Positions 45,340-54,735 of a stretch of 64,000 nucleotides of DNA are shown here, piece by piece. The notes under the pieces were generated by a model that was not told the origin of the DNA, made no database searches, and saw only the letters and a list, made by a program, of their open reading frames with translations. How positions within the stretch are numbered: the first letter of the stretch is position 1; the number at the start of each line of letters is the position of its first letter. This stretch comes from Candidatus Woesearchaeota archaeon. GTDB taxonomy: Archaea > Nanobdellota > Nanobdellia > Pacearchaeales > GW2011-AR1. A program made the position numbers and the translations under genes. The stretch spans positions 89 through 64,088 of the forward strand of contig CAYXNX010000004.1 in the NCBI GenBank assembly GCA_964467035.1. Direction: 5' to 3'.

Positions 45340-45993
45340 ATGTCAGATTTCGGTGAAATTATAAATGTTGTATTCCAAGAAACAATTGTTAAAGGACTTA
45401 ATATTGTTTCAAGTGCAATTCCTGAAGAATATAGAGTTTATATTAATCTAGGGTTAATATTAATTGCTATTACTTTGTATGGAATTTTTGTTTGGAATTT
45501 TTATAGGTTTTTAGCAAAAAGAGATTTGCTTGATTTAAATTTAAACCAATATAATAAAACAAACGACCCGAGTTTCTATAAATTACTTGCTACTTTGTTG
45601 TTTATTTTAGAGTATATTATTATTTTGCCAGTAGTGGTGTTTTTTTGGTTTGTTATAATGGCAAGTTTAATTTTTGTTTTAGCTGAAGATTTACAAAATG
45701 ACCCTTCTACAATTCTTTTAATTTCTACTGGAATTATCGGAGCTGTAAGAATTACTGCTTATTATAACGAAGATTTGTCAAAAGATATTGCAAAAACTTT
45801 TCCATTTACACTTTTAGCTATTGCACTAACCGCGCCAGGATTTTTTAAATTTGACACTATAAGAAGTATTGGACATTTAGGAGATTTATTACCAAATATT
45901 TTTGTTTATTTATTGGTTGTTATAATTGTTGAATTTATATTAAGAATGTTGTATTTAGTTTCGCCAAAAGCTAAAAATAAAGAGAAGGCTTAA
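45340..45993 (+). CDS. integral membrane protein (hypothetical)
   Basis: 217 aa with about 6 hydrophobic helices. Confidence 0.45.
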   Translation: MSDFGEIINVVFQETIVKGLNIVSSAIPEEYRVYINLGLILIAITLYGIFVWNFYRFLAKRDLLDLNLNQYNKTNDPSFYKLLATLLFILEYIIILPVVVFFWFVIMASLIFVLAEDLQNDPSTILLISTGIIGAVRITAYYNEDLSKDIAKTFPFTLLAIALTAPGFFKFDTIRSIGHLGDLLPNIFVYLLVVIIVEFILRMLYLVSPKAKNKEKA

Positions 45994-46130
45994 TGAGGTT
46001 CATTGGTTTTGGGTGGTTACAAAAAATGTTTTCTCGACGACAAAAATACTTTTAAAGAGCAAAGCTTTAAGATTATAATCAATAACAAATAATTTTCAAT
46101 ATTGAGTGAAAGGAGGTATAAAAAAAAGAA

Positions 46131-48041
46131 ATGAAATTAAAAAATTTAACATTGATTTTGATGTTAGGAGTTATTTTAGCTACAGGTTTTGTTAGTGCTA
46201 TAGGATGCAATATTGATATTACAAACCCAAATAATGATTTCGTTGATGACAGCTTGAATATTACTTGGGAAGTTAGTGGAGAGAGTTGTGTTTCAATAGA
46301 TTATGATATCTATTTATTAGATAAAGATGAATACAATTGTAACGATTTGGATGATCGGAGAAATTACTCTGAAGAAATTGGCAATGATGTTCCTTTCAGT
46401 GAACAACCTGTTTCTTTAAATTTGGAAGAAAAAGAGGAAGGAGATTATTGTGTCTTAGTTTCTTCTGAAAACGATATTATTTCTCCAGATTCAGAGGTAA
46501 GTGATTTTACTGTAGACCATACTGCACCAGAGATTAATTACTTTGAGGAAAATTTACCAGAATCAAAGAGTATTGAAAGTGATACTTGGAGTTCTGATAC
46601 AAGAACCCTAGTAAATATTGATGCAGAAGACAATGAAGGAATTGTTTTTTGTGAAATAGAGTGGGGAGATGGAAAAACAAAAAATTGTTCAGAAGATTAC
46701 TCGGAGAAAAATTATGGACACCAATACAAAGACAGCGGAGAATATGAACTAACTTTAACTGTAAGAGATGCTGTAGGACATGAGGCAACTGAAACAACAA
46801 ATGTTGAGGTAGAAAATGTTAATCCAGAGGTTGAACAAGAAATAGAAGCTCCAAATCAAGAAGACGATAATGGAAATGGACTAAAAGAAGCATCAGTTGG
46901 AGAAGTAGTTAAATTTACTGCTAAGGGTTCAGATGTTAAAGCAGATGTTGAAGCAGGTTTAACTTGTATTTGGACATTTGATAATGGAACAGAAGAAACA
47001 ACTGCTGATGAAAATGGAAATTGCGAAGTTAATCACACTTGGAGTGAAGCAAGTATTCACACTGTTGATTTAACAATTGAAGACAAAGATGGCGGTTCTG
47101 TAGATGCAGAGATTTTTGAACTTGAAATTTTGGAACCAATACTTATGACACCTACACAAAAAGGAGTTATAAATCAAGTTTTCAAATTTGATTTAGATGA
47201 ACCTTGGGATGTACCAAGTAAAAAGAGATTCAAAACAGATTTTTCAAAGCTTGTAGAATGTCAAGAAACTGTGACTCCTAATGGAATGAATGTAACTCAA
47301 CAAGGACCTGAGAATAGATGTCAAGTTGATTGGACTCCTTCTGAAGAGCAAAAAGGAAAACATTTAACAATCATAAAAGTGATGAATAAAACTTCTAATG
47401 AAATTGAATATTATTCATTTGAAACAATTGTTTACAGCTGGGGTATTGAATTAGAAGAAGGATGGAACTTGATTTCAATTCCTTATATGCCTACAGATAC
47501 AAGTATTGATTCTGTATTTGGAGGAATTGTTGAAAATATTGTCTATGACAGTGAGGTTTGGAGTGTTTTCCAATATGATGCAGTTGAAGGAAAATGGCTG
47601 AAAAATAGACCTTATTCAAACCACGATGGATTTTACTCAAGTAGAAGTTTGCAAAAAATTGTTCCAGGATACGGATATTGGGTAAAAATGGAAAATGAAG
47701 ACACTCTTTATGGAGTTGAAGAAAACTTCCCAATAGATACAACACCTGGAGAAACTGGAATTGATTTAGCTACTGAAAGTTGGAATTTAGTTGGAAGATA
47801 TGGTGCAAAAAATGAATCACTTGATTGGGAGATAGCTTTTAAATCATTAAGACATCCATTCTATGATGATAACTATGTAGGTTCTGATTTAGGAATTTAT
47901 GAATTAGATTCTGTTACTGCAAATGGAGATACTACATGGAGTAGTGCCTCAAACATAGTTGTTGCACAAGGATACTGGGTTAGAACTGCTGCAGGAAGTG
48001 AAGGAAGAGAAAAGGTATTTTACGAGCCTAACACAATTTAA
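46131..48041 (+). CDS. secreted protein with PKD-like domains
   Basis: Signal peptide. WGDGKT...YGHQYKDSGEYELTLTVRDAVGHE and WTFDNGTE...HTWSEASIHTVDLTIEDKDGG resemble PKD repeats. Confidence 0.65.
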   Translation: MKLKNLTLILMLGVILATGFVSAIGCNIDITNPNNDFVDDSLNITWEVSGESCVSIDYDIYLLDKDEYNCNDLDDRRNYSEEIGNDVPFSEQPVSLNLEEKEEGDYCVLVSSENDIISPDSEVSDFTVDHTAPEINYFEENLPESKSIESDTWSSDTRTLVNIDAEDNEGIVFCEIEWGDGKTKNCSEDYSEKNYGHQYKDSGEYELTLTVRDAVGHEATETTNVEVENVNPEVEQEIEAPNQEDDNGNGLKEASVGEVVKFTAKGSDVKADVEAGLTCIWTFDNGTEETTADENGNCEVNHTWSEASIHTVDLTIEDKDGGSVDAEIFELEILEPILMTPTQKGVINQVFKFDLDEPWDVPSKKRFKTDFSKLVECQETVTPNGMNVTQQGPENRCQVDWTPSEEQKGKHLTIIKVMNKTSNEIEYYSFETIVYSWGIELEEGWNLISIPYMPTDTSIDSVFGGIVENIVYDSEVWSVFQYDAVEGKWLKNRPYSNHDGFYSSRSLQKIVPGYGYWVKMENEDTLYGVEENFPIDTTPGETGIDLATESWNLVGRYGAKNESLDWEIAFKSLRHPFYDDNYVGSDLGIYELDSVTANGDTTWSSASNIVVAQGYWVRTAAGSEGREKVFYEPNTI

Positions 48042-48121
48042 TTTTTCAAAAATTTATTTTTATTTCTTTGTTTTTTTATTTTTTTCATTAATTTATTAAA
48101 TATCTCTTTTCTAATTATTTT

Positions 48122-48688
48122 ATGAAAATTGTGATTACAGGTCCAAGGTCTGTTGGAAAAACAACAATTTCCAAAATTCTTGCAAAAAAATTGAATTTAA
48201 AGTATATTTCTACTGATGAAATAGGCGAAAAATACACCCAAGAATATGAGGGATTAGATAAAGCAATAAAATCAGGAAAAATAAATGAATTCATTAGGGA
48301 AAAAGGATTTACATTAATTATTTCTACTTTTGAAAGCAATAAAGATTTTGTTTTAGATTTATTAGGAGGTTCAATTACTTCAAGAAAATTTAAAGAACAA
48401 AGCAGAAAATTAAGAAACAAAATTAAAAGAGATGCCATAATTGTTGGACTTCTCCCTTCTAAAAATTCAAAAGAATCAATAGAATTTTTATTTAATAGAG
48501 AAAAAAATAGAAAACATTTTAGAAAAACAAACGAAAAGGAATTATTTGAAAAAGTAAAGAAAGATTATCTAAAATTTCCAAAGATATTAAAACAATTTTG
48601 CAATAAAATAATTTATGTTCAAGATAAAAATAAGGAAGAAATTATGAAAGAAATAGGAGAGTTTTTAAATGCCCCTCCTAATTCATAA
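48122..48688 (+). CDS. P-loop NTPase / small-molecule kinase-like protein
   Basis: Walker A ITGPRSVGKTT at the N-terminus. Size and layout resemble shikimate or adenylate kinase-type proteins. Confidence 0.5.
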   Translation: MKIVITGPRSVGKTTISKILAKKLNLKYISTDEIGEKYTQEYEGLDKAIKSGKINEFIREKGFTLIISTFESNKDFVLDLLGGSITSRKFKEQSRKLRNKIKRDAIIVGLLPSKNSKESIEFLFNREKNRKHFRKTNEKELFEKVKKDYLKFPKILKQFCNKIIYVQDKNKEEIMKEIGEFLNAPPNS

Positions 48689-48770
48689 TTTTTCACTAAA
48701 TATAAATAATAACAAAAATCATTTCCTCGACGACAACAATATTTTTAAATAATGCAAATTTGAAGAGAAT

Positions 48771-49694
48771 ATGAAAAAGGCAATTATTTTGATATTTAGT
48801 ATTTTTGTTGTAAGTTTTGTATTCGGATTATCTTGTCCTATGAACCCTCCAGTTTATTACCAAGGGAATATTTCATACAATGATTCTTTATTAGAGGGAA
48901 ATTACAATTTAAATGCAATTTTAAATGGAGATATAAATGGAAGTATTATTGGACAAACAGAATTATCTGCTGGAGAATATTATATAGAAGTCTCTCCCTG
49001 CCAAGGTGTAACTTCTGGAACAATAAGTTTTGTTGTTAATGGGATTGAGGCAAATGAACAAACAAACTATAATGGCGAAGATTTTGGGGGGGAATTTAAT
49101 CAAAGTTTAACATTGAACGAGTTGCCACCTGAAGAAAATGTTTGCGGGAATGGAGAAATTAATGTAGGGGAGGAGTGTGATGATGGGAATACAAATAGTT
49201 CTGATGGATGTTCAGAAATGTGTGAAGTAGAATTTGGATATTCTTGTACTGGTCAACCAAGCGTATGTAATGAAACAGGATTTTGTGGAGATAATCAATG
49301 TAGGGGGGATGAAACATGTGAAACATGCCCTCAAGATTGTGGAAAATGCAAAGATGATGGAGATGATAATAACAATGGGAGAGGGAGTAGTGGAGGCGGA
49401 GGTGGGGGTGAAGGAGAAGGTGAAGGTGAAGGAGAAAGCGAAGATGAAGTAGAAAATTTAACAATTAAATCAACAACTGAAAATATAACTGAAAATACAA
49501 CCAAAAATACAAAAGTTGATGAAAATAAAGAAGAAAGTTTTTTCCCAAGAATTACAGGAGCAGTTACAGGATTTACAAAATCGAAACAGGGCATAGGGAT
49601 TATATCTTTGATTGCTATATTGGTGGGAGGATTATTTGTAATCAAAACTTTGAATAATAAAAAAATAAATAAAAATAATAAAAATGAAGAATAA
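48771..49694 (+). CDS. secreted Cys-rich-repeat protein with C-terminal TM anchor
   Basis: Signal peptide, CGNGEINVGEECDDGNTNSSDGCSEMCEVE (Cys-rich repeat), a GGGGGEGEGEGEGE linker and a C-terminal helix. Confidence 0.6.
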   Translation: MKKAIILIFSIFVVSFVFGLSCPMNPPVYYQGNISYNDSLLEGNYNLNAILNGDINGSIIGQTELSAGEYYIEVSPCQGVTSGTISFVVNGIEANEQTNYNGEDFGGEFNQSLTLNELPPEENVCGNGEINVGEECDDGNTNSSDGCSEMCEVEFGYSCTGQPSVCNETGFCGDNQCRGDETCETCPQDCGKCKDDGDDNNNGRGSSGGGGGGEGEGEGEGESEDEVENLTIKSTTENITENTTKNTKVDENKEESFFPRITGAVTGFTKSKQGIGIISLIAILVGGLFVIKTLNNKKINKNNKNEE

Positions 49695-51063
49695 AAAAAT
49701 ATGGGGTTTGATATTAATTCTTCTTTTAGTTACTCCGGTTTTTGCTTTGTTAAATAATCCTCAAGGAGATTATGATAATGATGGGGTAAAAAATAAAGAT
49801 GATAATTGTTATTTTGTTTACAATCCTTTTCAAACAGATTCAGATGGTGATGGGGTAGGAAATTGTTGTGATGCTGATTATATAATGGGAGATAATAGTG
49901 GATGGTGTGATTCTCCGGATAACGACTCAGAGGAACCACCAGAAAGTATTTGTGAAAATGGGATTATTGAAGGAGATGAAGTTTGTGATGATGGGAATTT
50001 AAATGGAAAAACTTGTGAAACACAGGGTTTTGATGGGGGAAGTTTGAGTTGTGCCGATGATTGTTTATCTTTTGATACAAGTAATTGTTTTAATGATGAA
50101 GAGGATGAGGAAATGTTTAAAGATGCTTCTCAGTGTGATTCAAAAAATGAAAATATTGAAATTAAAATTAGAGAGCCAGATGATAGAGATTCTTTTGAAG
50201 TGGGAGAAAAGATTGATGTAGAAGTTGAGATTGAGAATGAATTTGAAGAAGATAGGGATTTTAATATTGAAGCAGTTTTATATGATTTAGATGAGGAAGA
50301 AAATTTAGAAGAAAAAAGTGATGAAAAAGAGATTGATGAAGGGGAAGAAGAAACTTTTGAATTTGGGATTGAAATACCTGAAGATGTTGAGAATAATGAT
50401 TTTGTTGTTTATGTTTATGTTGAATCTGAGGATGAATGCAACAGTGATTATGTTGAAATAGAAATTGAAAGGATTAATAATAAAGTTGTGATTAAAAATT
50501 TTGAGATAAATCCTTCTGAATTGAAAGTAGAAGATTATGCAAATTTTGAAGTTGATATTGAAAACTGGGGAGAGGAAGAACAAGATTGTGTGGTGAAAAT
50601 TTTTAATGAGGAGTTGAGATTAGATATTGAAAGTGAAGAATTTGAGATTGAGGAATATGGAGAGGATGATTCTGAAACAAAAAGATTTGATTTTAAAATT
50701 CCAAATGTTGAAGAAGATATTTATGATGTGAAAGCTGAATTGAATTGTGATGGGGAAATTGAGGAAGAAACTCAAAGCTTGACTGTTAAAAAAAGAGGTG
50801 TTTTAATTAGTTCTAATAAGACTATAAATTTAAATGAAGAAAGAAAAGATTATACAGGGGAAATTGAAGAGATTAATTTGAATAAAGAGTTTGTTAAAGA
50901 TGCTAAGGAAGAAAAAGAAGATGAGAAAGTAAGTAAAAAAGGATTTAAAGATATTAGATTTGACCTTGGAAATTATTTTCTTCTCCATGTTTTAAACGGG
51001 GTTATGTTTTTAGCCATTGTTGTTTTTATTTGGAGGATTATTTTTATGTTAAAATTTTGGTAA
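49684..51063 (+). CDS. secreted protein with thrombospondin-type-3-like Ca-binding repeats, a Cys-rich repeat, an acidic region and a C-terminal TM anchor
   Basis: DNDGVKNKDDNC..NPFQTDSDGDGVGNCCD, CENGIIEGDEVCDDGNLNGKTCE, long D/E-rich repeats and a C-terminal helix. Confidence 0.6.
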   Translation: MKNKKIWGLILILLLVTPVFALLNNPQGDYDNDGVKNKDDNCYFVYNPFQTDSDGDGVGNCCDADYIMGDNSGWCDSPDNDSEEPPESICENGIIEGDEVCDDGNLNGKTCETQGFDGGSLSCADDCLSFDTSNCFNDEEDEEMFKDASQCDSKNENIEIKIREPDDRDSFEVGEKIDVEVEIENEFEEDRDFNIEAVLYDLDEEENLEEKSDEKEIDEGEEETFEFGIEIPEDVENNDFVVYVYVESEDECNSDYVEIEIERINNKVVIKNFEINPSELKVEDYANFEVDIENWGEEEQDCVVKIFNEELRLDIESEEFEIEEYGEDDSETKRFDFKIPNVEEDIYDVKAELNCDGEIEEETQSLTVKKRGVLISSNKTINLNEERKDYTGEIEEINLNKEFVKDAKEEKEDEKVSKKGFKDIRFDLGNYFLLHVLNGVMFLAIVVFIWRIIFMLKFW

Positions 51064-51099
51064 GAAAAAACTTAAAAACTTGCTAATTTTAGTGTAATT

Positions 51100-51358
51100 G
51101 TAGACCAGACCGGCGCGTTAGCTCTGCGCCATTTGCAAGTGAGCTCTAGGCAGGTCGCAAGGGGGTAAGTGATTCTTTTTACAAAGAGTCTTTGCCTGGA
51201 CTGTGATATTTTGTCCTATTTGACCTTGCTCCTGCAAACCGGGTCAGACCTTGATCGGAGCAGCCCTAAACAGGAAACAAGGTGCTTATAGGGTAGCAAA
51301 ATTGAGAAAGGGTAGAGGTAGCTTTTTGTGGAAAGGAGAGCAAACCCCTGTGGTCTAC
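51100..51358 (+). ncRNA. probable SRP (7S) RNA
   Basis: G+C-rich noncoding island. The 5' GUAGACCA pairs with the 3' UGGUCUAC. Alu-like hairpin 51112-51130 has loop AGCUC complementary to GAGCU at 51141-51145. GGGUCAGACC..GGAGCAGCC (51241-51265) resembles the helix-8 motif GGUCAGGUCCGGAAGGAAGCAGCC. A T-rich tract follows. Confidence 0.65.
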
Positions 51359-51573
51359 ACTGTAATGTTTCTTTTTGGGGTTTTCTCGTTTCGTCGTAAA
51401 CTCCGAAGGAGCAAACCCCTGTGGTCTACACTGTAATGTTTCTTTTTGAGGTTTTCTCGTTTCGTCGTAAACTCCGAAGGAGCAAACCCCTGTGGTCTAC
51501 ACTGTAATGTTTCTTTTTGAGGTTTTCTCGTTTCGTCGTAAACTCCGAAGGAGCAAACCCCTGTGGTCTACAT
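51338..51573 (+). repeat. 71-bp tandem repeat: three full units plus a partial fourth unit of about 23 nt
   Basis: Units start at 51338, 51409, 51480 and 51551. Each unit is the last 21 nt of the putative SRP RNA plus a T-rich tract and a spacer. There is one substitution between unit 1 and units 2-3. Confidence 0.9.
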
Positions 51574-51594
51574 TGTAAAAAGAACCTAAGGTTC

Positions 51595-51720
51595 TCTTTA
51601 CGAACTCTCCTCAGATAGGACAGCAAAGCTGTCTTGTTATTGGAATTATAAAAAGAGTTACTTTGGTTTTCTTTACGAACTCTCCTCAAATAGGACAGCA
51701 AAGCTGTCTTGTTATTGGGA
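51595..51720 (+). repeat. 2 x ~51-nt direct repeat (period 75) with hairpin gacagc-aaa-gctgtc followed by CTTGTTAT
   Basis: Copies at 51595-51645 and 51670-51720, with 2 substitutions. Confidence 0.85.
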
Positions 51721-51785
51721 TTTTTTATTAAAAATATATTTTGATTTATAACAAATGTTAAAAAGGAAATTCCATTTTTTGGGGA

Positions 51786-52070
51786 ATGAGAGATGAAATA
51801 AAAATTAGCAATATAAATTTGAAAACATATGCAAGGACTAAAGGATTTGATGAACAATCTATTGAATATGGGGGTTTATTTGTGGAGGGAGGTAGTTATA
51901 GCCAAGCAAATTTAAAATTAAAAGAAGAAGCAAAAAGAAAAGGATATGAAGAAGTTATTAATGTTACAGATATTCCTCCTTATGAAATTCAGTGCAGAAA
52001 TAACCCAGAAAAAAGAAAAGTTTTTGGGGTGCGGGCACTTGGAGTTAGAATAAAAAGAGAAAAAGAATAA
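51786..52070 (+). CDS. hypothetical protein
   Basis: 94-aa ORF with no recognisable family. Confidence 0.4.
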   Translation: MRDEIKISNINLKTYARTKGFDEQSIEYGGLFVEGGSYSQANLKLKEEAKRKGYEEVINVTDIPPYEIQCRNNPEKRKVFGVRALGVRIKREKE

Positions 52071-52179
52071 ACTATTTATAATCTGATTTCTATTATTATT
52101 TGAGGTGTTATTATACCCAATATGCCGATGTCATCCCATCACTTGAAATTAAATAAGGAAAAAATAGCCAAGTAATAAA

Positions 52180-52572
52180 ATGCCACACCAATGCGTTCAT
52201 TGTAGCAAAGTTTATCCAGATGGTTCAAAAGAATTATTGGAAGGTTGTAGTTGTGGAAGTCATTTTTTCTTTTATATAAGAGAAGAACAAATTGAAAAGA
52301 TGAAAGAAAAATCCGAAGAGATGGATTTAAGTGATGAAGAAAAAAAGAAAATTGAGCAAGATGTTAGAGAAATTATAAAATCAGAGGGAGATGATACTCC
52401 TGTTGTTCTTGATTTGGAGAGTATTAGAATTCTAAAACCAGGTAAATTTGAAATTGATATTACAAACCTTTTTAATGAAAAAAAACCAGTCATATATAAA
52501 TTAGAAGAAGGCAAATATGTTATTGATATTGCTTCAACGATGAAGAAAAGAAAAAATGAAAAAAATACTTGA
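52180..52572 (+). CDS. Zn-ribbon-containing protein
   Basis: N-terminal CVHC..x..CSCG zinc ribbon followed by an acidic helical region. Confidence 0.5.
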   Translation: MPHQCVHCSKVYPDGSKELLEGCSCGSHFFFYIREEQIEKMKEKSEEMDLSDEEKKKIEQDVREIIKSEGDDTPVVLDLESIRILKPGKFEIDITNLFNEKKPVIYKLEEGKYVIDIASTMKKRKNEKNT

Positions 52573-53845
52573 ACAAGAATTTAATAAAATTGATATTTCA
52601 GATAAAAGTGAAGAATATTTGAAAGGAATTGCAAAAAAAACAATTGATAATTTGAAAATTAAATTAAATAAGAAAAATATTGATGCTACACCTTTTATTG
52701 GCGGGAGTTTGGCTAAAGGGACTTTAATTAGAAAAAAGAAACAAGATATTGATATTTTTGTTAGATTTAATCAAAAATATTCAGAAGAGGAGATAGGATA
52801 TTTATTTAAGAAAATATTTTTTTGGTTTAGGATTCCGGGTGAGAGAATTAAAGTAAAAAGACACCATGGTTCAAGAGATTACTATAAAATAATATTTAAA
52901 AAAAGCGGAGTTATTGTAGAAATTGTGCCTACTGTTAGAATTTCAAAACCTGAAAATGCGAGAAATTTAACAGATTTGTCTTATTTTCATGTAAATTATG
53001 TAAAGAATAAAATTAACCAAGGCAAAAATCTTGATAAAGAAATTAAAATTGCAAAATCCTTTGTGCATGGACAAAATTGTTATGGTGCTGAATCATATAT
53101 TAAAGGATTTTCAGGTTATTTGATTGAACTTTTAGTTATACATTATAAAAGTTTTAGGAGGTTTTTGACTGAGATTTCAAAAGCAAAAACCCAAATTGTT
53201 TTAGATCCTGAAAAACATTACAAAAATAAAGAAGATATTTTTAAAAAAATGAATAAAACGAAAATCAGTTCTCCAATTGTTTTTATTGATCCAACTTATA
53301 AAGACCGGAATGCTGCACGAGCTCTTTCTGGGGAAACTTTAAGAAAATTTCAAAAAAAGGCAAAGGAATTTTTAGAAAAACCTGATGAGGAATTTTTTTA
53401 TCCTAAAAAAATAGATATTTATAGAATAAGAGAAAAGGCGTATGAAAGCAAAGGAATTTTTGTGATTTTTGAAATTTCAACAAAAAAACAGCCAGGAGAT
53501 ATTGCTGGAACAAAATTATTCAAATTTTCCAATTTTTTGAAAAAAGAAGTTAGCAAATATTATGGGGTTGAAGAATGGCAGTTTGATTATCCGGGGCTGA
53601 AAAAAGCAAGAGTTTATGGAGTTTTGAAAAGAAAAAAAGAAATTGTTTTTGAAGGTCCAAGAATTGAAATGGAAGATGCTGTGAAAAATTTTAAAAAAGT
53701 CCACCCTATTTGGTATGTTGAAGAGGGCAAAATAAAAAGTGCTATGCCTACTGATATTCCTGTTAAAAGATTTTTGAAAGAATTTAAGAAAGCTCATAAA
53801 AAAACTATGAAACAAATGGGGACTAAAAAAATCAAGATTGTGTAG
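52556..53845 (+). CDS. cca: CCA-adding tRNA nucleotidyltransferase, archaeal class I
   Basis: 429 aa. IGGSLAKGTLIRKKKQDIDIFVRF signature near the N-terminus; size and layout are typical. Confidence 0.65.
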   Translation: MKKILEQEFNKIDISDKSEEYLKGIAKKTIDNLKIKLNKKNIDATPFIGGSLAKGTLIRKKKQDIDIFVRFNQKYSEEEIGYLFKKIFFWFRIPGERIKVKRHHGSRDYYKIIFKKSGVIVEIVPTVRISKPENARNLTDLSYFHVNYVKNKINQGKNLDKEIKIAKSFVHGQNCYGAESYIKGFSGYLIELLVIHYKSFRRFLTEISKAKTQIVLDPEKHYKNKEDIFKKMNKTKISSPIVFIDPTYKDRNAARALSGETLRKFQKKAKEFLEKPDEEFFYPKKIDIYRIREKAYESKGIFVIFEISTKKQPGDIAGTKLFKFSNFLKKEVSKYYGVEEWQFDYPGLKKARVYGVLKRKKEIVFEGPRIEMEDAVKNFKKVHPIWYVEEGKIKSAMPTDIPVKRFLKEFKKAHKKTMKQMGTKKIKIV

Positions 53846-54461
53846 TCCAAATTTTTGAGGTTAAATTACTAATCTTATTTCTAAGGCCTGATTTTGCAGA
53901 ATTTGCAATTCTTTTTAGAGATGCAAGATTGTATTTATCTAAAGATTTAGGGTTTATTGAATCTACTAATTCTTCCGAAGATTTATTAAGAAACTGATAA
54001 CCATTTATTTCATCTCTTTCTTCGAAACCATATGCTTTTCTTTCTAATTCATAAATCATCCTGTCATCTTTTTCCCATTGTTTTCTGTCTGAAGTAGAAT
54101 TTTTTCCAGGATAGGGAAAAGAATGTTTTTCTTTATTTATATCTTCTCTTTTATCTTCAGAGAGTTTAAGCAAAGCATAATGTTGGTTCCTTAAATAAGT
54201 TGTTAAAATTCTCCCTACTTTGTCTGCTTTTGACTTATCAATAGTGTTAGATTTAACAGATTTAGAGATTAAACATTTGTAAGAGTTATTATGGGAGCCA
54301 TCTACCAAGTTTCTTATTCTTTTATATTCTGAAAGAGTTAAATTTTCTGATTCGTTGTTTAAATAATCTAATAATTTGTCCAAAATTTGATTTGTATCTG
54401 GGTCAGAACTATTTAATTGGTTTAAAATTTTTTCAAGTTCTGAGGAGTTATTATTTTTCAT
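53832..54461 (-). CDS. hypothetical protein
   Basis: 209-aa ORF with no recognisable family. Confidence 0.4.
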   Translation of the reverse strand: MKNNNSSELEKILNQLNSSDPDTNQILDKLLDYLNNESENLTLSEYKRIRNLVDGSHNNSYKCLISKSVKSNTIDKSKADKVGRILTTYLRNQHYALLKLSEDKREDINKEKHSFPYPGKNSTSDRKQWEKDDRMIYELERKAYGFEERDEINGYQFLNKSSEELVDSINPKSLDKYNLASLKRIANSAKSGLRNKISNLTSKIWTTQS

Positions 54462-54684
54462 TTTTTGAATAATATGATTCTATTTCCTCAAAAACATCAT
54501 CTGGGAAATTGCTTAATGCTCTTTCATTTTCATTTATTGAATCCCGGACTCCTTGATTTGGATTTTTTGTTAAATATGGTCTTTTTAAGTTTAGTTCAAA
54601 ACCAAAAAAATCAAAAGGAGTGTAAACTTTTGATTTGTAAGCACCTAGCAAAGTTCTTTTTGTAATAGTTCTAATTCTTGGCAT
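54451..54684 (-). CDS. hypothetical protein
   Basis: 77-aa ORF overlapping the downstream gene by 11 nt (operon-like). Confidence 0.35.
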   Translation of the reverse strand: MPRIRTITKRTLLGAYKSKVYTPFDFFGFELNLKRPYLTKNPNQGVRDSINENERALSNFPDDVFEEIESYYSKNEK

Positions 54685-54735
54685 TGTTCATTAATATAAT
54701 GTAAATACATTGATAATGTTTTTTTAAATATATTG

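Noticed and set aside
51338-51573. Possible CRISPR array
   Set aside because: The 71-bp units are contiguous and almost identical throughout. There are no unique spacers, the unit includes an RNA gene 3' end, and no cas genes are in the window.
51251-51857. ORFs of 61 aa (plus strand) and 143 aa (minus strand) over the SRP RNA and tandem repeats
   Set aside because: The open frames are a by-product of the repeated units. The region is better explained as RNA gene plus repeats.
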